From the IMG/VR virus record IMGVR_UViG_3300047462_000030: a stretch of 64,000 bases of DNA; one strand, written 5' to 3'. The notes under the pieces are model-generated. The model made no database searches. It was not told the origin of the DNA and saw nothing but the letters and a program-made list of their open reading frames with translations. Source of the stretch: an uncultured virus (IMG/VR IMGVR_UViG_3300047462_000030) (Duplodnaviria; Heunggongvirae; Uroviricota; Caudoviricetes). Below are positions 11,152 through 21,981 of this stretch, piece after piece. The position numbers were made by a program, and so were the translations under genes. Within the stretch, counting starts at the first letter, position 1. Each line of letters starts with the position of its first letter.

Positions 11152-12411
11152 ATGTCTTACAATCCAAATAACCCTAATGGTCAAGCATCTGCAGCAAATT
11201 CTGCTCCAGTTGTACTTGATACTACGGATTCGGGGTATTTATCAACAATAGCGACAAATACAGTTGCTGATTTGTATGTAACCGGAGCTTCTGCTCAAAC
11301 GGCAATTGTTAATAATATATTAACAGCAACTTCTGGAACTGCCGCAACAGATTTAGAAGGTTACCATTCAGGTTCTGTTCAAGTTACTTCAACTGGTACT
11401 GCTGGAACATTTATATTTGAAGGTTCTAATGATAACATAAACTTTCAAACAATCCCTGTATATAACCAGCTTATTTTAACTGGTACACCAATATCTGGTG
11501 CTATTACGGCTAGTGCTTCACAATTAATATATTCTTTTCCAGTTCACTTTAGATACATCCGCCTTAGAATTGCAACAACTATAACTGGTGGAAGTATACA
11601 GGCTTTTTCAAAATTTACCGCTCAAAATTGGACTCCGGCTGTATTTCAAGTAGCTCAAAACACTGCTGCTAACTTATTGACAACAGCCACTATTTCATCT
11701 GGTACGGTTACAACTGTTGCTACTGTTACAAACAGTAATAGCGGATTTCCCGCTCAAATTGCTGATGTTGCGTCTGTCGCCATAACTACTACTACCACTT
11801 CTGGTCCATTTACACCTACTTATGGTAATAGTTACCAAGTTGTTGTAGATGTTACTGCTGTTTCTGGTACAACTCCTACAATGGATATAGTAGTACAAGA
11901 ATCTAGAGATGCTGGTACTAACTATGTTGTAATTTATCAATTTCCTAGGATTACTGCTATTGGATCATATAGCTCACCTTTATTGCCATTAACTGGTAAT
12001 AGAGTTGAATATATTCAAACTATATCTGGTACTACTCCAAGTTTTACAAGATCTATTAGTAGAATGCAATCTTCTGCTGCTATGATCAACTTTGTTAGAC
12101 AAATATTTGATAGAACAGTAACTCTTACTACTTTATCAAGTACAACTGCTTCTTTAGTGGCAGAACAACAAAGTAAAAATATTATGATGACTATTAATAT
12201 TGGAGCTGCTACAACTGCTCCTGCTTTGCAAATTCAAGGTTCTGACGACCTTGGTGCTAGCTGGTATAATATTGGATCACCTTTAACTGCAGTAGCTTCA
12301 AGTTCTGTATCTACAACTGTTACAAATACTACTGCTCAATTGTTTAGGGCTATAGTAACAACGGCTGGATCTGCTGTAACTGCTGGATATGTAATGTTGA
12401 GGTCTTTTTAA
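11152..12411 (+). CDS. Structural protein with three repeated beta modules
   Basis: Repeats FEGSNDNINF / VQESRDAGTNY / IQGSDDLGASW; T/S-rich; AAGGAG RBS. Confidence 0.65.
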   Translation: MSYNPNNPNGQASAANSAPVVLDTTDSGYLSTIATNTVADLYVTGASAQTAIVNNILTATSGTAATDLEGYHSGSVQVTSTGTAGTFIFEGSNDNINFQTIPVYNQLILTGTPISGAITASASQLIYSFPVHFRYIRLRIATTITGGSIQAFSKFTAQNWTPAVFQVAQNTAANLLTTATISSGTVTTVATVTNSNSGFPAQIADVASVAITTTTTSGPFTPTYGNSYQVVVDVTAVSGTTPTMDIVVQESRDAGTNYVVIYQFPRITAIGSYSSPLLPLTGNRVEYIQTISGTTPSFTRSISRMQSSAAMINFVRQIFDRTVTLTTLSSTTASLVAEQQSKNIMMTINIGAATTAPALQIQGSDDLGASWYNIGSPLTAVASSSVSTTVTNTTAQLFRAIVTTAGSAVTAGYVMLRSF

Positions 12412-12415
12412 GCTA

Positions 12416-12434
12416 AATTAACAACTATAGGTGT
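12416..12434 (+). promoter_or_regulatory. Putative phage late promoter, copy 2 (AATTAACAACTATAGGTGT)
   Basis: Matches the motif at 1524 and 21982. Confidence 0.65.
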
Positions 12435-12436
12435 AT

Positions 12437-12916
12437 ATGAGCTTAACTAACCGAGATCCGCATCAAATTACCCAGTTCGAACATGATGATTCTAGCAACG
12501 CTAAAAGAGTTGTAGTTGTTGGACAAGAAATTAATATAGATTCATCTAAGATAGCGGAATCATTAGATAAAGCTTTAAGTAATATTAAACTTGATTTATC
12601 TAGACCTTCTGAAGCTCAAAAAGAGATTCAGATTGTAGAAATTGAAAAACAAGTATTTGTACCACAAATTGAGTATAAAACAATTGAAGTACCTGTTTTT
12701 ATTAAAGAAGTTCAAATTGTAGAGGTTGAAAAACCTATATATATTGATAAAATAGTAAGGGTAGAAGTACCTTTTATTGTTAAAGAAATCGAAATTAGAG
12801 AGTTTGAAGGGCAAAATACCAATCAAACTTCAATATTCGTAAAAATTGCTGCTATAATCCACACAATAGGTGTTGTAGGATTTAGTGTATATCAGTTTTT
12901 TAGCCATCTAAAATAA
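12437..12916 (+). CDS. Protein with V/I-E-K-P-rich repeats and a C-terminal transmembrane helix
   Basis: IEKQVFVP..IEVPVFIKEV..VEVEKPIY..VRVEVP followed by a hydrophobic tail. Confidence 0.6.
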   Translation: MSLTNRDPHQITQFEHDDSSNAKRVVVVGQEINIDSSKIAESLDKALSNIKLDLSRPSEAQKEIQIVEIEKQVFVPQIEYKTIEVPVFIKEVQIVEVEKPIYIDKIVRVEVPFIVKEIEIREFEGQNTNQTSIFVKIAAIIHTIGVVGFSVYQFFSHLK

Positions 12917-12927
12917 AGGAGAAATAA

Positions 12928-13377
12928 ATGGCATACCTAGTAATCGTAGTGGATTCGCCGAATGATTCAGTTTTGGAACTGAGTAATCGAATTCAGCATC
13001 CCACGAACGTTCATGAGAGTATTGACGCTTGTTCGCAATACCTCGAAAAAATCGATAGTGGAAACAAACCTGCAATAGTACAAGTTACTTGCACGTCTGT
13101 AGCTCCCATGTCTGGAACAAACATCAGTATTTCTACACCTAATTCGTTAGCTGTTGGATATCCTTATGTTATTTCTGCTGTTGGAACAACCACACAGAGT
13201 CAGTGGCAAGCAATTGGTCTTAATGCTGCTTTAACTGCTGCTCCTGGTGTTGCATTTATTGCAAGTGCTCCAATCAATCAATTTACGAGTGGAACTGGTA
13301 CTGGAACGGTACAAGCTTTAGGAGTTGCTGCTCCTTCTGATTCAGGTTCTTCACAAGACACGTATCGTAAGATCTAA
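12928..13377 (+). CDS. Hypothetical structural protein
   Basis: 149 aa, AAGGAG RBS. Confidence 0.6.
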   Translation: MAYLVIVVDSPNDSVLELSNRIQHPTNVHESIDACSQYLEKIDSGNKPAIVQVTCTSVAPMSGTNISISTPNSLAVGYPYVISAVGTTTQSQWQAIGLNAALTAAPGVAFIASAPINQFTSGTGTGTVQALGVAAPSDSGSSQDTYRKI

Positions 13378-13389
13378 GGAGAAACGATA

Positions 13390-13965
13390 ATGCACGCTAA
13401 AATGATGAAAATGTTGGCTGGGAAGAAAGATCTTTCCGACAAAGAAAAGAAAGCCAAAATGGATGTAGCTAGTTCGCTACGTGATGATATGGCTGATCAT
13501 ATGAAGCAAAAACTGGCTAAACCTATTAAAAAGGTTTCAGTTATGGCTGATTCTGATTCTAACCTTAAAAAAGGACTTGATAAAGCTAAAGAATTAGTTC
13601 AAAGTGGTCCTATGATGGATTCTGATGAAGATATGATGGCTGATGGTGGTGAAGTTGATATGGATTCAGATCAAGATAAACTTCAATCTGCCCAAGATTC
13701 TATGCGCAAAGCTTTTGGTTATGCCGAAGGTGGAGAAGTAGAAAATGATGCCAACGATCTTAATGATGCTGAAATGGAAGAGCCACATGAAGAGCAAATC
13801 CATGATCGTATGAGTTCTCCTGATGAAGAAGAAACAAAGTACGGCGATGAGCAAGAAGATGATTCAGACGAAGAGGAAAATGAGTTTCATGGCTTAGATA
13901 TGCACGAAGTCAATGATAAACTCAATAAACTCATGAAGATGAAATCAAAAATGGAATCTAAATAA
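13390..13965 (+). CDS. Acidic/Met-rich putative internal head protein with GGEV motifs
   Basis: MADGGEV and YAEGGEV motifs shared with 24221..28336; AAGGAG RBS. Confidence 0.55.
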   Translation: MHAKMMKMLAGKKDLSDKEKKAKMDVASSLRDDMADHMKQKLAKPIKKVSVMADSDSNLKKGLDKAKELVQSGPMMDSDEDMMADGGEVDMDSDQDKLQSAQDSMRKAFGYAEGGEVENDANDLNDAEMEEPHEEQIHDRMSSPDEEETKYGDEQEDDSDEEENEFHGLDMHEVNDKLNKLMKMKSKMESK

Positions 13966-13982
13966 TAGAATAGTAGGTTTAA

Positions 13983-16049
13983 ATGGGTACTCCCTATTTA
14001 ACTTCTGACGACTTAATTGCATCAGTTCAACGTAAAATTGCAGTTCCGTTAAGCCAAGTCACATTTACAAATGATGACATCTTAGCGTTTGCAAACGAAG
14101 AAATGATGATCTCGCAAGTGCCGAGTGTTCTTTTATATCATGAAGAATTCTTTGTACATCAGATCACAGTACCACTTATAACTGGAGTTAGTAGATATAC
14201 TATTCCAGATAGAGCCATTGGTATGCGTCTGCGTGACGTTAAATGGATGGATAACGCTGGTAACATGTTTGACATGACTCGCGTTGCGCCAGAAGATAAA
14301 GCATTCTTTCAATTAAATATAGGAGCTAACCAAGCTATCCACAAATTTTATGTGGAAGGCAATGATTTGGTATTAACTCCTTCTGTAGTTTCATTCCCTA
14401 CAGGTAATTTAATTTTAAGTTTCTTTTTAAGACCCAATCAGTTAGTAAGAAATGCCAAATCTGCTACAGTAGTTGGAATCAATCAAACTGTTACAATTAC
14501 TTCGAGTTTATTAACTCAAGGTGACACTGTACAGTTTTACGATCAAAAATACCAAGATATTGACGTTATACCTCGTCCATCGCCTCAACCGCCTGGATTA
14601 GATATATTTACGGCTATGGGTATACCAATTACAAGCATTGCAATCTCTGCTTTTGCCTCCTTTAGCGGTGTAATTGCTGGAACGGCAACTTCTGTAACAT
14701 TAACTGCTAATACTCAAGGTGCTGCTGGTAACAACATTGCTTTGACATTTACTGGTACAAATACTATATCCCAAGCAATAACTGCGTGGAATTCATCTAA
14801 CCCTAGTAATATGGTAAATTTAACTATTGGTGATGGAACTCAAATTCCTACAATAGGTACAATTTCATTAACTGGTGGAACTGATACTGTAATTACTGCG
14901 GCTAATCATGGGCTTATAGCTGGTCAATCTGTCACTATTACAAATAGTAATTCTACTCCTGTAGTTAATGGAACTTATGCTGTAACAATTATTGATGCTA
15001 ATAACTTCTCTATTGTTGCTCCTACTACTGGTTCTGGAACTTCTGGATACTTTACATTAGTAAATAGTGTTAGTGCAATTAGTTTTTACTCTAGTGGTAT
15101 AGCGCTTGTAACAACTGCTAGCCCACATTTTTTATCTAATAATCAAAGTGTTGTATTAAGTGGTACAAATTCTGTTCCTTCAATAGATGGAACGTATAAA
15201 ATCATTGGTATTCTATCTTCTAATGAGTTTATTATATTTGCATCAGTTGGAACTTCTGGTACTACTGGTACTTTTTCTAGTCCCAATCAATTTTTAATTG
15301 CTCCTACAAGCACTTTAACTGCTACAAATTTAAGCAATGGAATTAATAGTTTAGTATCTAGTGGTGGAAGTATAAATCTTTTAAGTGCTTCTGCGACAAC
15401 AAACGTAGTTATGTTATTGTATTCTGATATATATACACGTTTTTCTGTTCAAGCTTTAAATCCTGCTTCTATGGTTATACCAACTTCTACAATTGGTATA
15501 CAATTCGATGCTGTAGATGCTACATATACAGATCCTGATACCCAGATCACTACTCCTTTATTTGTAAATCAAACTCTTGTAGACTTTTTACAAACTGATC
15601 CAGGTCATAAGACTTATGTATATGATGTTCAAATACCTTTCAACGGTATAAGCGGAAATAGCATATTCTTTACACAAAATAGCTTAATGGTTCCTAGTGG
15701 ACAAATTCTAAACATTGGTGGTGGTCCTTGGACTGATGAAGGTCCTGGAGCAATATCTTATGTATTTGCAAACATTAAGGTTGGCGATTATATGTGTTTA
15801 GCTAATGAAGCTATTATTCCTCAAATCCCTCCAGATTTACATAGTGGACTTGCCGAAAGAACTTGTGCTAGAATTTTAGCATCATTGGGAGATCAAATGG
15901 GTCTTCAAATGTCTCAAAGCAAAATTCAAGAAATTGACGGTAAACAGGGTTCTTTACTCGATAATAGAGTAGAAGGAACTCCTCAAAAGATTACAGCAAG
16001 ACATTCCTTGCTTCGTTATGGTAAAATGGGCACAAGAAGGAGAACATAA
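13983..16049 (+). CDS. Putative head-tail adaptor (tail tubular protein A-like) with inserted beta modules
   Basis: Helical N- and C-terminal parts (DDILAFANEEM...; PQIPPDLHSGLAERTCARIL) typical of adaptor proteins, around FCCH-like repeats; position before the large tail protein. Confidence 0.55.
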   Translation: MGTPYLTSDDLIASVQRKIAVPLSQVTFTNDDILAFANEEMMISQVPSVLLYHEEFFVHQITVPLITGVSRYTIPDRAIGMRLRDVKWMDNAGNMFDMTRVAPEDKAFFQLNIGANQAIHKFYVEGNDLVLTPSVVSFPTGNLILSFFLRPNQLVRNAKSATVVGINQTVTITSSLLTQGDTVQFYDQKYQDIDVIPRPSPQPPGLDIFTAMGIPITSIAISAFASFSGVIAGTATSVTLTANTQGAAGNNIALTFTGTNTISQAITAWNSSNPSNMVNLTIGDGTQIPTIGTISLTGGTDTVITAANHGLIAGQSVTITNSNSTPVVNGTYAVTIIDANNFSIVAPTTGSGTSGYFTLVNSVSAISFYSSGIALVTTASPHFLSNNQSVVLSGTNSVPSIDGTYKIIGILSSNEFIIFASVGTSGTTGTFSSPNQFLIAPTSTLTATNLSNGINSLVSSGGSINLLSASATTNVVMLLYSDIYTRFSVQALNPASMVIPTSTIGIQFDAVDATYTDPDTQITTPLFVNQTLVDFLQTDPGHKTYVYDVQIPFNGISGNSIFFTQNSLMVPSGQILNIGGGPWTDEGPGAISYVFANIKVGDYMCLANEAIIPQIPPDLHSGLAERTCARILASLGDQMGLQMSQSKIQEIDGKQGSLLDNRVEGTPQKITARHSLLRYGKMGTRRRT

Positions 16050-19000
16050 TGTCTGCAACAGTTCTCTTAAAAGCTCTGGGACTAAATACTCAACCTAACC
16101 AACTAGATCCTGCCAGTGTTCCTCCAGGTAGTTTAACAATTGCCGATAACGTTATTATTAAACGTGATAACGTAATTGAATCCCGTCGTGGATATCATCT
16201 TTATGGAGATGCAGTAGGAAGTTCTTCTGATCGAGCAGATCAATTAGCAGTATATAGAAATCGCATATTAAGACACTGGGGAAGTACCCTAGAGTTTGAT
16301 ACTGGATCAGTTAATACAATAACTGGTACAGAAACCTTTGACGCATTTGCCGGTACATATAACAATGTAACTACTGGTTATCGTCCTAGATTTATTGAAT
16401 CTAAAGGTAATATGTATTTTAACACTAGTGAAGGTGTTCAAAAGATTTCTGCTAAAAATGCTTCACAATTCAGTACAGCAGATAGTTATATAACACAATC
16501 TGGCGGTATTAACGCTTTAGATTTTACAACTCAATTAGATGTAACAACTGGAAGTAATAGTGGTTTTTTAGCCCAAGATGCTTCTGTTGCATACAGAATT
16601 CTTTGGAATACTAATGATGCCAATGATAATTTGGTGTATGGTGCTCCAAGTCAACGACAAATCGTAACAAACTCATTACAAAGTCTTCTTTTAAGAGATT
16701 ATCAAAGATTTCTTGCTGCATTGGATAACGTAGCAAATAATACTGCATTTCCAAGCCTACTCACATATAATCAATTTGTTGCAACATACGGGTTACCTTC
16801 TAATGCTACTGCAATAGAATTACAAGCAAATTTAGTGAATATTGCTACTACTATAGATCAAAATATTGTATATGCAAGTGAAAATGCTCCTACAACGTCT
16901 ATTCCTTTGCAATTATCTGGTGCGAATTTAAATGGAACAGTTGTTACTGTTGCTTTTACTGATGCAAGTGGAAACCCTGCTAATTATTTATCTTCTGGTC
17001 AAGTTGTTGAACTTCAAGGATTTGCTCCTACTACTGGAACAATAAGTGGCACAAGTGCTGCTCCTATGGGTCAAACTATTGCCACAGTATATCCTTCTGT
17101 AACTTTAACTGGTACAACTACTACTGGTACTGCTGCCGCTCAAACGGTAACTACTGTAGCTGATATTAGTGATAATTTAGGCGGTAAATATTGGCAATTA
17201 TGGTCTGCTGACAATACGACTCAATATACAATTTGGTATAATGATGCCGCAAACTCGATTGGAAGTCAACCCACAGTTCCTGGTACTACAATATATGTGG
17301 AAGTTGTATATAACGAGAACGATACCGCAGCAGCAATTGCACAAGAAACTGTAACAACTTTAAGTGGTTATTCAGATTTTACAATTGCATATACTCCTAC
17401 TACTTCTACTTTTGTTGTAACAAACACAGCAGTTGGTGTTACAAATGATGCTTTACCTGGTAATACTACATTTTCTATTACTTCTACTGCTGGTACAGAT
17501 GGTAACATTATAAGCGGTTTATCAACTACCGATGGTCTAGTTCTTGGTGGACTAGTAACTGGTTCTGGAATTCCTGCAAACACTTACATAACTGCAATTG
17601 GATCTAATGGTCCTGGAACAATAACTGTAAGGAATAATTCTACAATTTCTCATTCAACTTCTCTTGTATTTGGATCTGCCTTTACTTTTATCCCCACTAC
17701 AACTACACCGGCTGTAACTGGTCCAATTACTTTAACGAATGCAACAATCAATAGCTATACTTTTGAATCTATAACACAACCTGCAGTTCCTGGTGATGTG
17801 GCTACGGATGCAGAACTTGTTGCATTACAAACATATCTTACACAGCTTATAACTGCAATACAACAAGAACCTTCTAGTGTTATATCTTCTGAGTCACAAA
17901 CTGCATTTTTTAACGGGTTTACTGTTACAACTTCGGCTAATGTTACCCTTACAATTACAATTCCACAAAACGTAACAACAAATTACTTTTTTCAAATCTA
18001 TAGATCTCAACAAGCATTAGCTACTGGGCCTTCGTCAATTAATGATATTGCTCCTAATGACGAATTACAAGAGGTTTATGAAGCATATCCTACTGCCGCA
18101 GAAATTGCAGCAGGAGTTGTCACTGTAACTGATATAGCTACAGATTCATTCCTTGGTGCTTATTTGTATACAGATGCTACAAATGGTACTGGTATTCTTT
18201 CTGCCAATCAAGTTCCTCCTGTTTGCCAAGACATGACGTATTTTGAAAACGTAATGTTTTATGCTAATACAAGAATTCAACATCAACTCCAATTGAATCT
18301 ACTTGGCGTTGCCAATATGATTACCGATTATAACAATGGCATTATCCCAACTATTGTTATAACGGATGGAGTTCAAACAAATACTTATACATTTGTTATA
18401 GGATTATCTGAATCAACTTCAATAACTACAAAAGCCGCCTCAACCCTTGCTGCTACTGGAACTGCGGACTATTTTAATATATATTCTGCTAATAATACTA
18501 CACAATACTATGTTTGGTATAAACTTGGTACATCTACAGATCCTTTGGTTAACGGAGCTACTGCGATAGAAGTTCCTATTAATGCTGGTGATAGTGCGGC
18601 TACCGTTGCTCAAAAGACAGCAAACGCTTTAAATGTATATAATTATGACTTTAATATTACATATGTACCTGCAACAAACGTTATAACAGTTGAAACAACG
18701 GGTCAAGGAACAACAAGTGCTTCTACAGATTCAACAACTGGTTTTACAATTACTCAAGTACAAGCAGGTCAAGGTGAGAATGCTGCTGCTAAAGAAGTAT
18801 TGCTTTCTACAAATCCATCTCCAGCTACTGCCGTTGACTTAACAGCTAGAAGTCTTGTTCATGTAATTAATCTTAATACAGATTCTTCTGTATATGCTTA
18901 TTATCTTTCAGATCCTACTTCAGTTCCTGGGCAGTTTAATTTACAAAAGAAAACTTTTAGTACACTTCCATTCTATATAATAGCTAATGATAGCAACACT

Positions 19001-21073
19001 GGAACGTCTTTTAATCCAAATTTAACTCCAGATGAGAATATATCTGCAATTACCATTGGTGCTGAATCTACAACAATAACCACTAACCTCCCTCATGGTC
19101 TTTTAAACCAGGATCAAGTTGTTATTGATGCTACTGGTACTACGCCTAATATCAATGGATTATATACAATAACTTACATAAGTCCTACAAGTTTTAGTAT
19201 TCCAGTTGTAATTACTTCTATTGGAACACCTATGGGAGGATTTTATGGATCTGTACGGGCAGCTTCTACTGCTCCAGTTTCAGATAATGAAGTACTTCCT
19301 AATAGAATCTATTATTCAACTTATCTAGAGCCTGAAGGAGTCCCAATCGTTAATACAATTGACGTTGGTGCTAATGATAAGGCTATTTTACGAATTATTC
19401 CTTTAAGAACAAGTTTATTTGTATTTAAAGAAGATGGATTATTTCGTATATCAGGATCTTCTGCTCCATTCAGTCTTGAAATCTTTGATGCAAGCGTTGT
19501 TATCGTTGCTCCAGATTCTGTTGACATTTCAAATAACTTAGTGTTTTGTTGGACTACAAAAGGAATACATACAGTATCAGAAGGTGGAGTTAACATTATC
19601 TCTAGACCTATTGATAACTTAATATTACCTTTAGCCACTCCTCAATACACAAATTTTAAAACTGCTACATGGGGTATTGGATATGAGTCAGATAACTCAT
19701 ATACTGTATATACTGTGCAAGCTTTAGATGATACTGTTGCTACAATTGGATTTAGATATAGTACTCTTACAAATAGTTGGACAAATTATCTTAAATCAAA
19801 TACTTGCGGTGTTATTAACTATGTTGATGACTTGCAATATATGGGTGCAGGTGACGTAAACTACATAGAACAAGAGAGAAAGACCTTCTCTCGTTATGAC
19901 TATGCGGATAGAGAGATTGACGTTAACCTGACACCTAATAACTATTTAGGTCAAGAAATCAATCTTACTAGCATAAGTGGTGTTGATATTGGTGATGTAG
20001 TTGTACAAAATCAATATATAACATTATATAGCTTTAATACTTTTTTAGAAAAGCTTGATCTTGATCCTCATTTAAGCGACAACTATGTTGCTACACAAAC
20101 TATTGCTGCTGGTATTAATTTAAGAACTGCTTTAGATTCACTTATAACCGCTATTGCAAACGATCCAGTTCGTTTATCACAGCCTTTCTTTACTCCAGCT
20201 AGTACTTACCTAGCATTGACTTCAGATAACAATGCAGGGGCTATTACAGCGATTGCTGCTACAAATCCTGCGACAATTACGTCTGCAGATCATGGATTGG
20301 AAAATGGTAGAATGGTTATTATAACTGGTACAAATTCTACACCTTCTATTGACGGTGAATATGCTGTTACTGTTATAGATGCTAATACTTTTTCAGTTCC
20401 TGTAGCTGTAACTGGTGTTGGTACAACTGGTCAATTTATTGTAGATAATCAAAATTACTTAGATATTCTTGCTTCATTTAATAATCTTGTAATAACACTT
20501 AATGCCGATACGGCTATTAGTTTTCACAATTATAGCCAAATTACTCAGCCTACAGTACAAGAGACTATCATTACTGATGTCACTTTAATAAACACTTTGA
20601 CAACTCAGATAACTACTGCGCTATTACTTGACTTCTTTGAAGGTCCATTAATTATTTATAAGTCAATTCCAACACTTATAGAATATGCTCCTCAAACTCT
20701 TGGAGACCCACTTGGTCTTAAGCATATGAGAGAAGCTACAATGATTTTTGAAAACAAAGCTTTTACTAATGCTGTATTGAGTTTTGCTTCAGATCTATTT
20801 CCTCAGCTCAATCCTATTACTGTATTTGGTGATGGTAATGGTATATTTGGATACAGTGGTAATAATTGGCAACAAAGAAACTTCGGATTTGGATCTAACT
20901 TCTTTGGAGGAGCTTCAAATTCTGTACCTTTTAGAACTTATATTCCTAGAAATAACCAACGATGTCGGTATATTACAGTACAGTTTAGTCATCAAATTGC
21001 TAGAGAACAATGGGCCATATTTGGTATAACCTTAACTGGCGAAATTAGTCAAAGCTCAAGAGCGTATAGATAA
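16049..21073 (+). CDS. Putative tail nozzle/stabilisation protein (tubular protein B-like), 1674 aa
   Basis: N-terminal ADNVIIKRDNVIESRRG, propeller-like NRIYYS...LFVFKEDGLFRISG, C-terminal RCRYITVQF; position matches podovirus nozzle genes. Confidence 0.6.
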   Translation: MSATVLLKALGLNTQPNQLDPASVPPGSLTIADNVIIKRDNVIESRRGYHLYGDAVGSSSDRADQLAVYRNRILRHWGSTLEFDTGSVNTITGTETFDAFAGTYNNVTTGYRPRFIESKGNMYFNTSEGVQKISAKNASQFSTADSYITQSGGINALDFTTQLDVTTGSNSGFLAQDASVAYRILWNTNDANDNLVYGAPSQRQIVTNSLQSLLLRDYQRFLAALDNVANNTAFPSLLTYNQFVATYGLPSNATAIELQANLVNIATTIDQNIVYASENAPTTSIPLQLSGANLNGTVVTVAFTDASGNPANYLSSGQVVELQGFAPTTGTISGTSAAPMGQTIATVYPSVTLTGTTTTGTAAAQTVTTVADISDNLGGKYWQLWSADNTTQYTIWYNDAANSIGSQPTVPGTTIYVEVVYNENDTAAAIAQETVTTLSGYSDFTIAYTPTTSTFVVTNTAVGVTNDALPGNTTFSITSTAGTDGNIISGLSTTDGLVLGGLVTGSGIPANTYITAIGSNGPGTITVRNNSTISHSTSLVFGSAFTFIPTTTTPAVTGPITLTNATINSYTFESITQPAVPGDVATDAELVALQTYLTQLITAIQQEPSSVISSESQTAFFNGFTVTTSANVTLTITIPQNVTTNYFFQIYRSQQALATGPSSINDIAPNDELQEVYEAYPTAAEIAAGVVTVTDIATDSFLGAYLYTDATNGTGILSANQVPPVCQDMTYFENVMFYANTRIQHQLQLNLLGVANMITDYNNGIIPTIVITDGVQTNTYTFVIGLSESTSITTKAASTLAATGTADYFNIYSANNTTQYYVWYKLGTSTDPLVNGATAIEVPINAGDSAATVAQKTANALNVYNYDFNITYVPATNVITVETTGQGTTSASTDSTTGFTITQVQAGQGENAAAKEVLLSTNPSPATAVDLTARSLVHVINLNTDSSVYAYYLSDPTSVPGQFNLQKKTFSTLPFYIIANDSNTGTSFNPNLTPDENISAITIGAESTTITTNLPHGLLNQDQVVIDATGTTPNINGLYTITYISPTSFSIPVVITSIGTPMGGFYGSVRAASTAPVSDNEVLPNRIYYSTYLEPEGVPIVNTIDVGANDKAILRIIPLRTSLFVFKEDGLFRISGSSAPFSLEIFDASVVIVAPDSVDISNNLVFCWTTKGIHTVSEGGVNIISRPIDNLILPLATPQYTNFKTATWGIGYESDNSYTVYTVQALDDTVATIGFRYSTLTNSWTNYLKSNTCGVINYVDDLQYMGAGDVNYIEQERKTFSRYDYADREIDVNLTPNNYLGQEINLTSISGVDIGDVVVQNQYITLYSFNTFLEKLDLDPHLSDNYVATQTIAAGINLRTALDSLITAIANDPVRLSQPFFTPASTYLALTSDNNAGAITAIAATNPATITSADHGLENGRMVIITGTNSTPSIDGEYAVTVIDANTFSVPVAVTGVGTTGQFIVDNQNYLDILASFNNLVITLNADTAISFHNYSQITQPTVQETIITDVTLINTLTTQITTALLLDFFEGPLIIYKSIPTLIEYAPQTLGDPLGLKHMREATMIFENKAFTNAVLSFASDLFPQLNPITVFGDGNGIFGYSGNNWQQRNFGFGSNFFGGASNSVPFRTYIPRNNQRCRYITVQFSHQIAREQWAIFGITLTGEISQSSRAYR

Positions 21074-21564
21074 TGCCAAGGTTTAGTAAGTTACGACAAA
21101 CTTTAGGCTTAGATGATACTTCTCCAAAAGGAATGGGAGATGTTCAAACTTCTGATGCATCTGGAAGAACTTTACCAGTTTTACAACAAGGTTGGGGATC
21201 TCCTGAGAATGATAATTCTGCATCATTTTTTCAAGGAATTAATAGAGGTTTAGCAAAACATGGTATTGATTCTAAAGATATAACTCCAGATGATATTGAT
21301 AATTATAATAGATCTAAACAATTAGGAATGACTGCTTCTGGAGGAATACAAAGTATTGCTTCTCAACTTCCAGAACTATCTATAGATGCAGTTAAAGCTA
21401 TGCAAAATTATGGTAGATCTACAGAAGCTTTAGGTCAGGGAAGTGCAGGACAAGCACCTCCTTCTGAATTAGAAGGTGATGATCTAGATGCTATACTTAC
21501 AAAAAACTTAGGTAATAATAGATCAGATCGTCAAGGTTCTGGTAGTAGAATTAGGTTCAAATAA
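21073..21564 (+). CDS. Hypothetical protein
   Basis: 163 aa, TAATG coupling on both sides. Confidence 0.6.
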   Translation: MPRFSKLRQTLGLDDTSPKGMGDVQTSDASGRTLPVLQQGWGSPENDNSASFFQGINRGLAKHGIDSKDITPDDIDNYNRSKQLGMTASGGIQSIASQLPELSIDAVKAMQNYGRSTEALGQGSAGQAPPSELEGDDLDAILTKNLGNNRSDRQGSGSRIRFK

Positions 21565-21980
21565 TGATTATACCCTCATTTAAACGCATTCTAAACACTG
21601 ATTACGCTCAACAATTCCAACAATTGATAGCTACCCTAGGCTTTACCTTAAATAACGCTATAGAGAACATTAACGACGCTTTAGACAACAATATATCGCT
21701 TGCTGATAACATTCTTTGTACTGTCAAGACTTTTAGTCTTCAAGTAGATTCTACAGGTAAGCCTACAACGTCTACTACCTTTCCATTAACGTTTACGGGT
21801 CAATGTCAAGGTTTAAGCGTAATAAACGTAACAAACACAACAAATTCAAGTACTTACCCAACTGGCGGAGTTACAATTAGCTTTGCTCAGACACAAAATG
21901 GTATTCAAATCAATAATATCACGGGTTTACCCACAAATAATACTTTCTCTCTCACGGTCATAGCCTGGGGAGCAGGGTAA
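21564..21980 (+). CDS. Hypothetical tail-associated protein
   Basis: 138 aa, helical N-terminus and beta-rich C-terminus; TAATG coupling. Confidence 0.6.
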   Translation: MIIPSFKRILNTDYAQQFQQLIATLGFTLNNAIENINDALDNNISLADNILCTVKTFSLQVDSTGKPTTSTTFPLTFTGQCQGLSVINVTNTTNSSTYPTGGVTISFAQTQNGIQINNITGLPTNNTFSLTVIAWGAG

Positions 21981-21981
21981 T

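Noticed and set aside
11570..11590. Fourth copy of the late-promoter motif (AACAACTATAAC)
   Set aside because: Only the core matches, it lacks AATT and TGT, and it lies mid-gene
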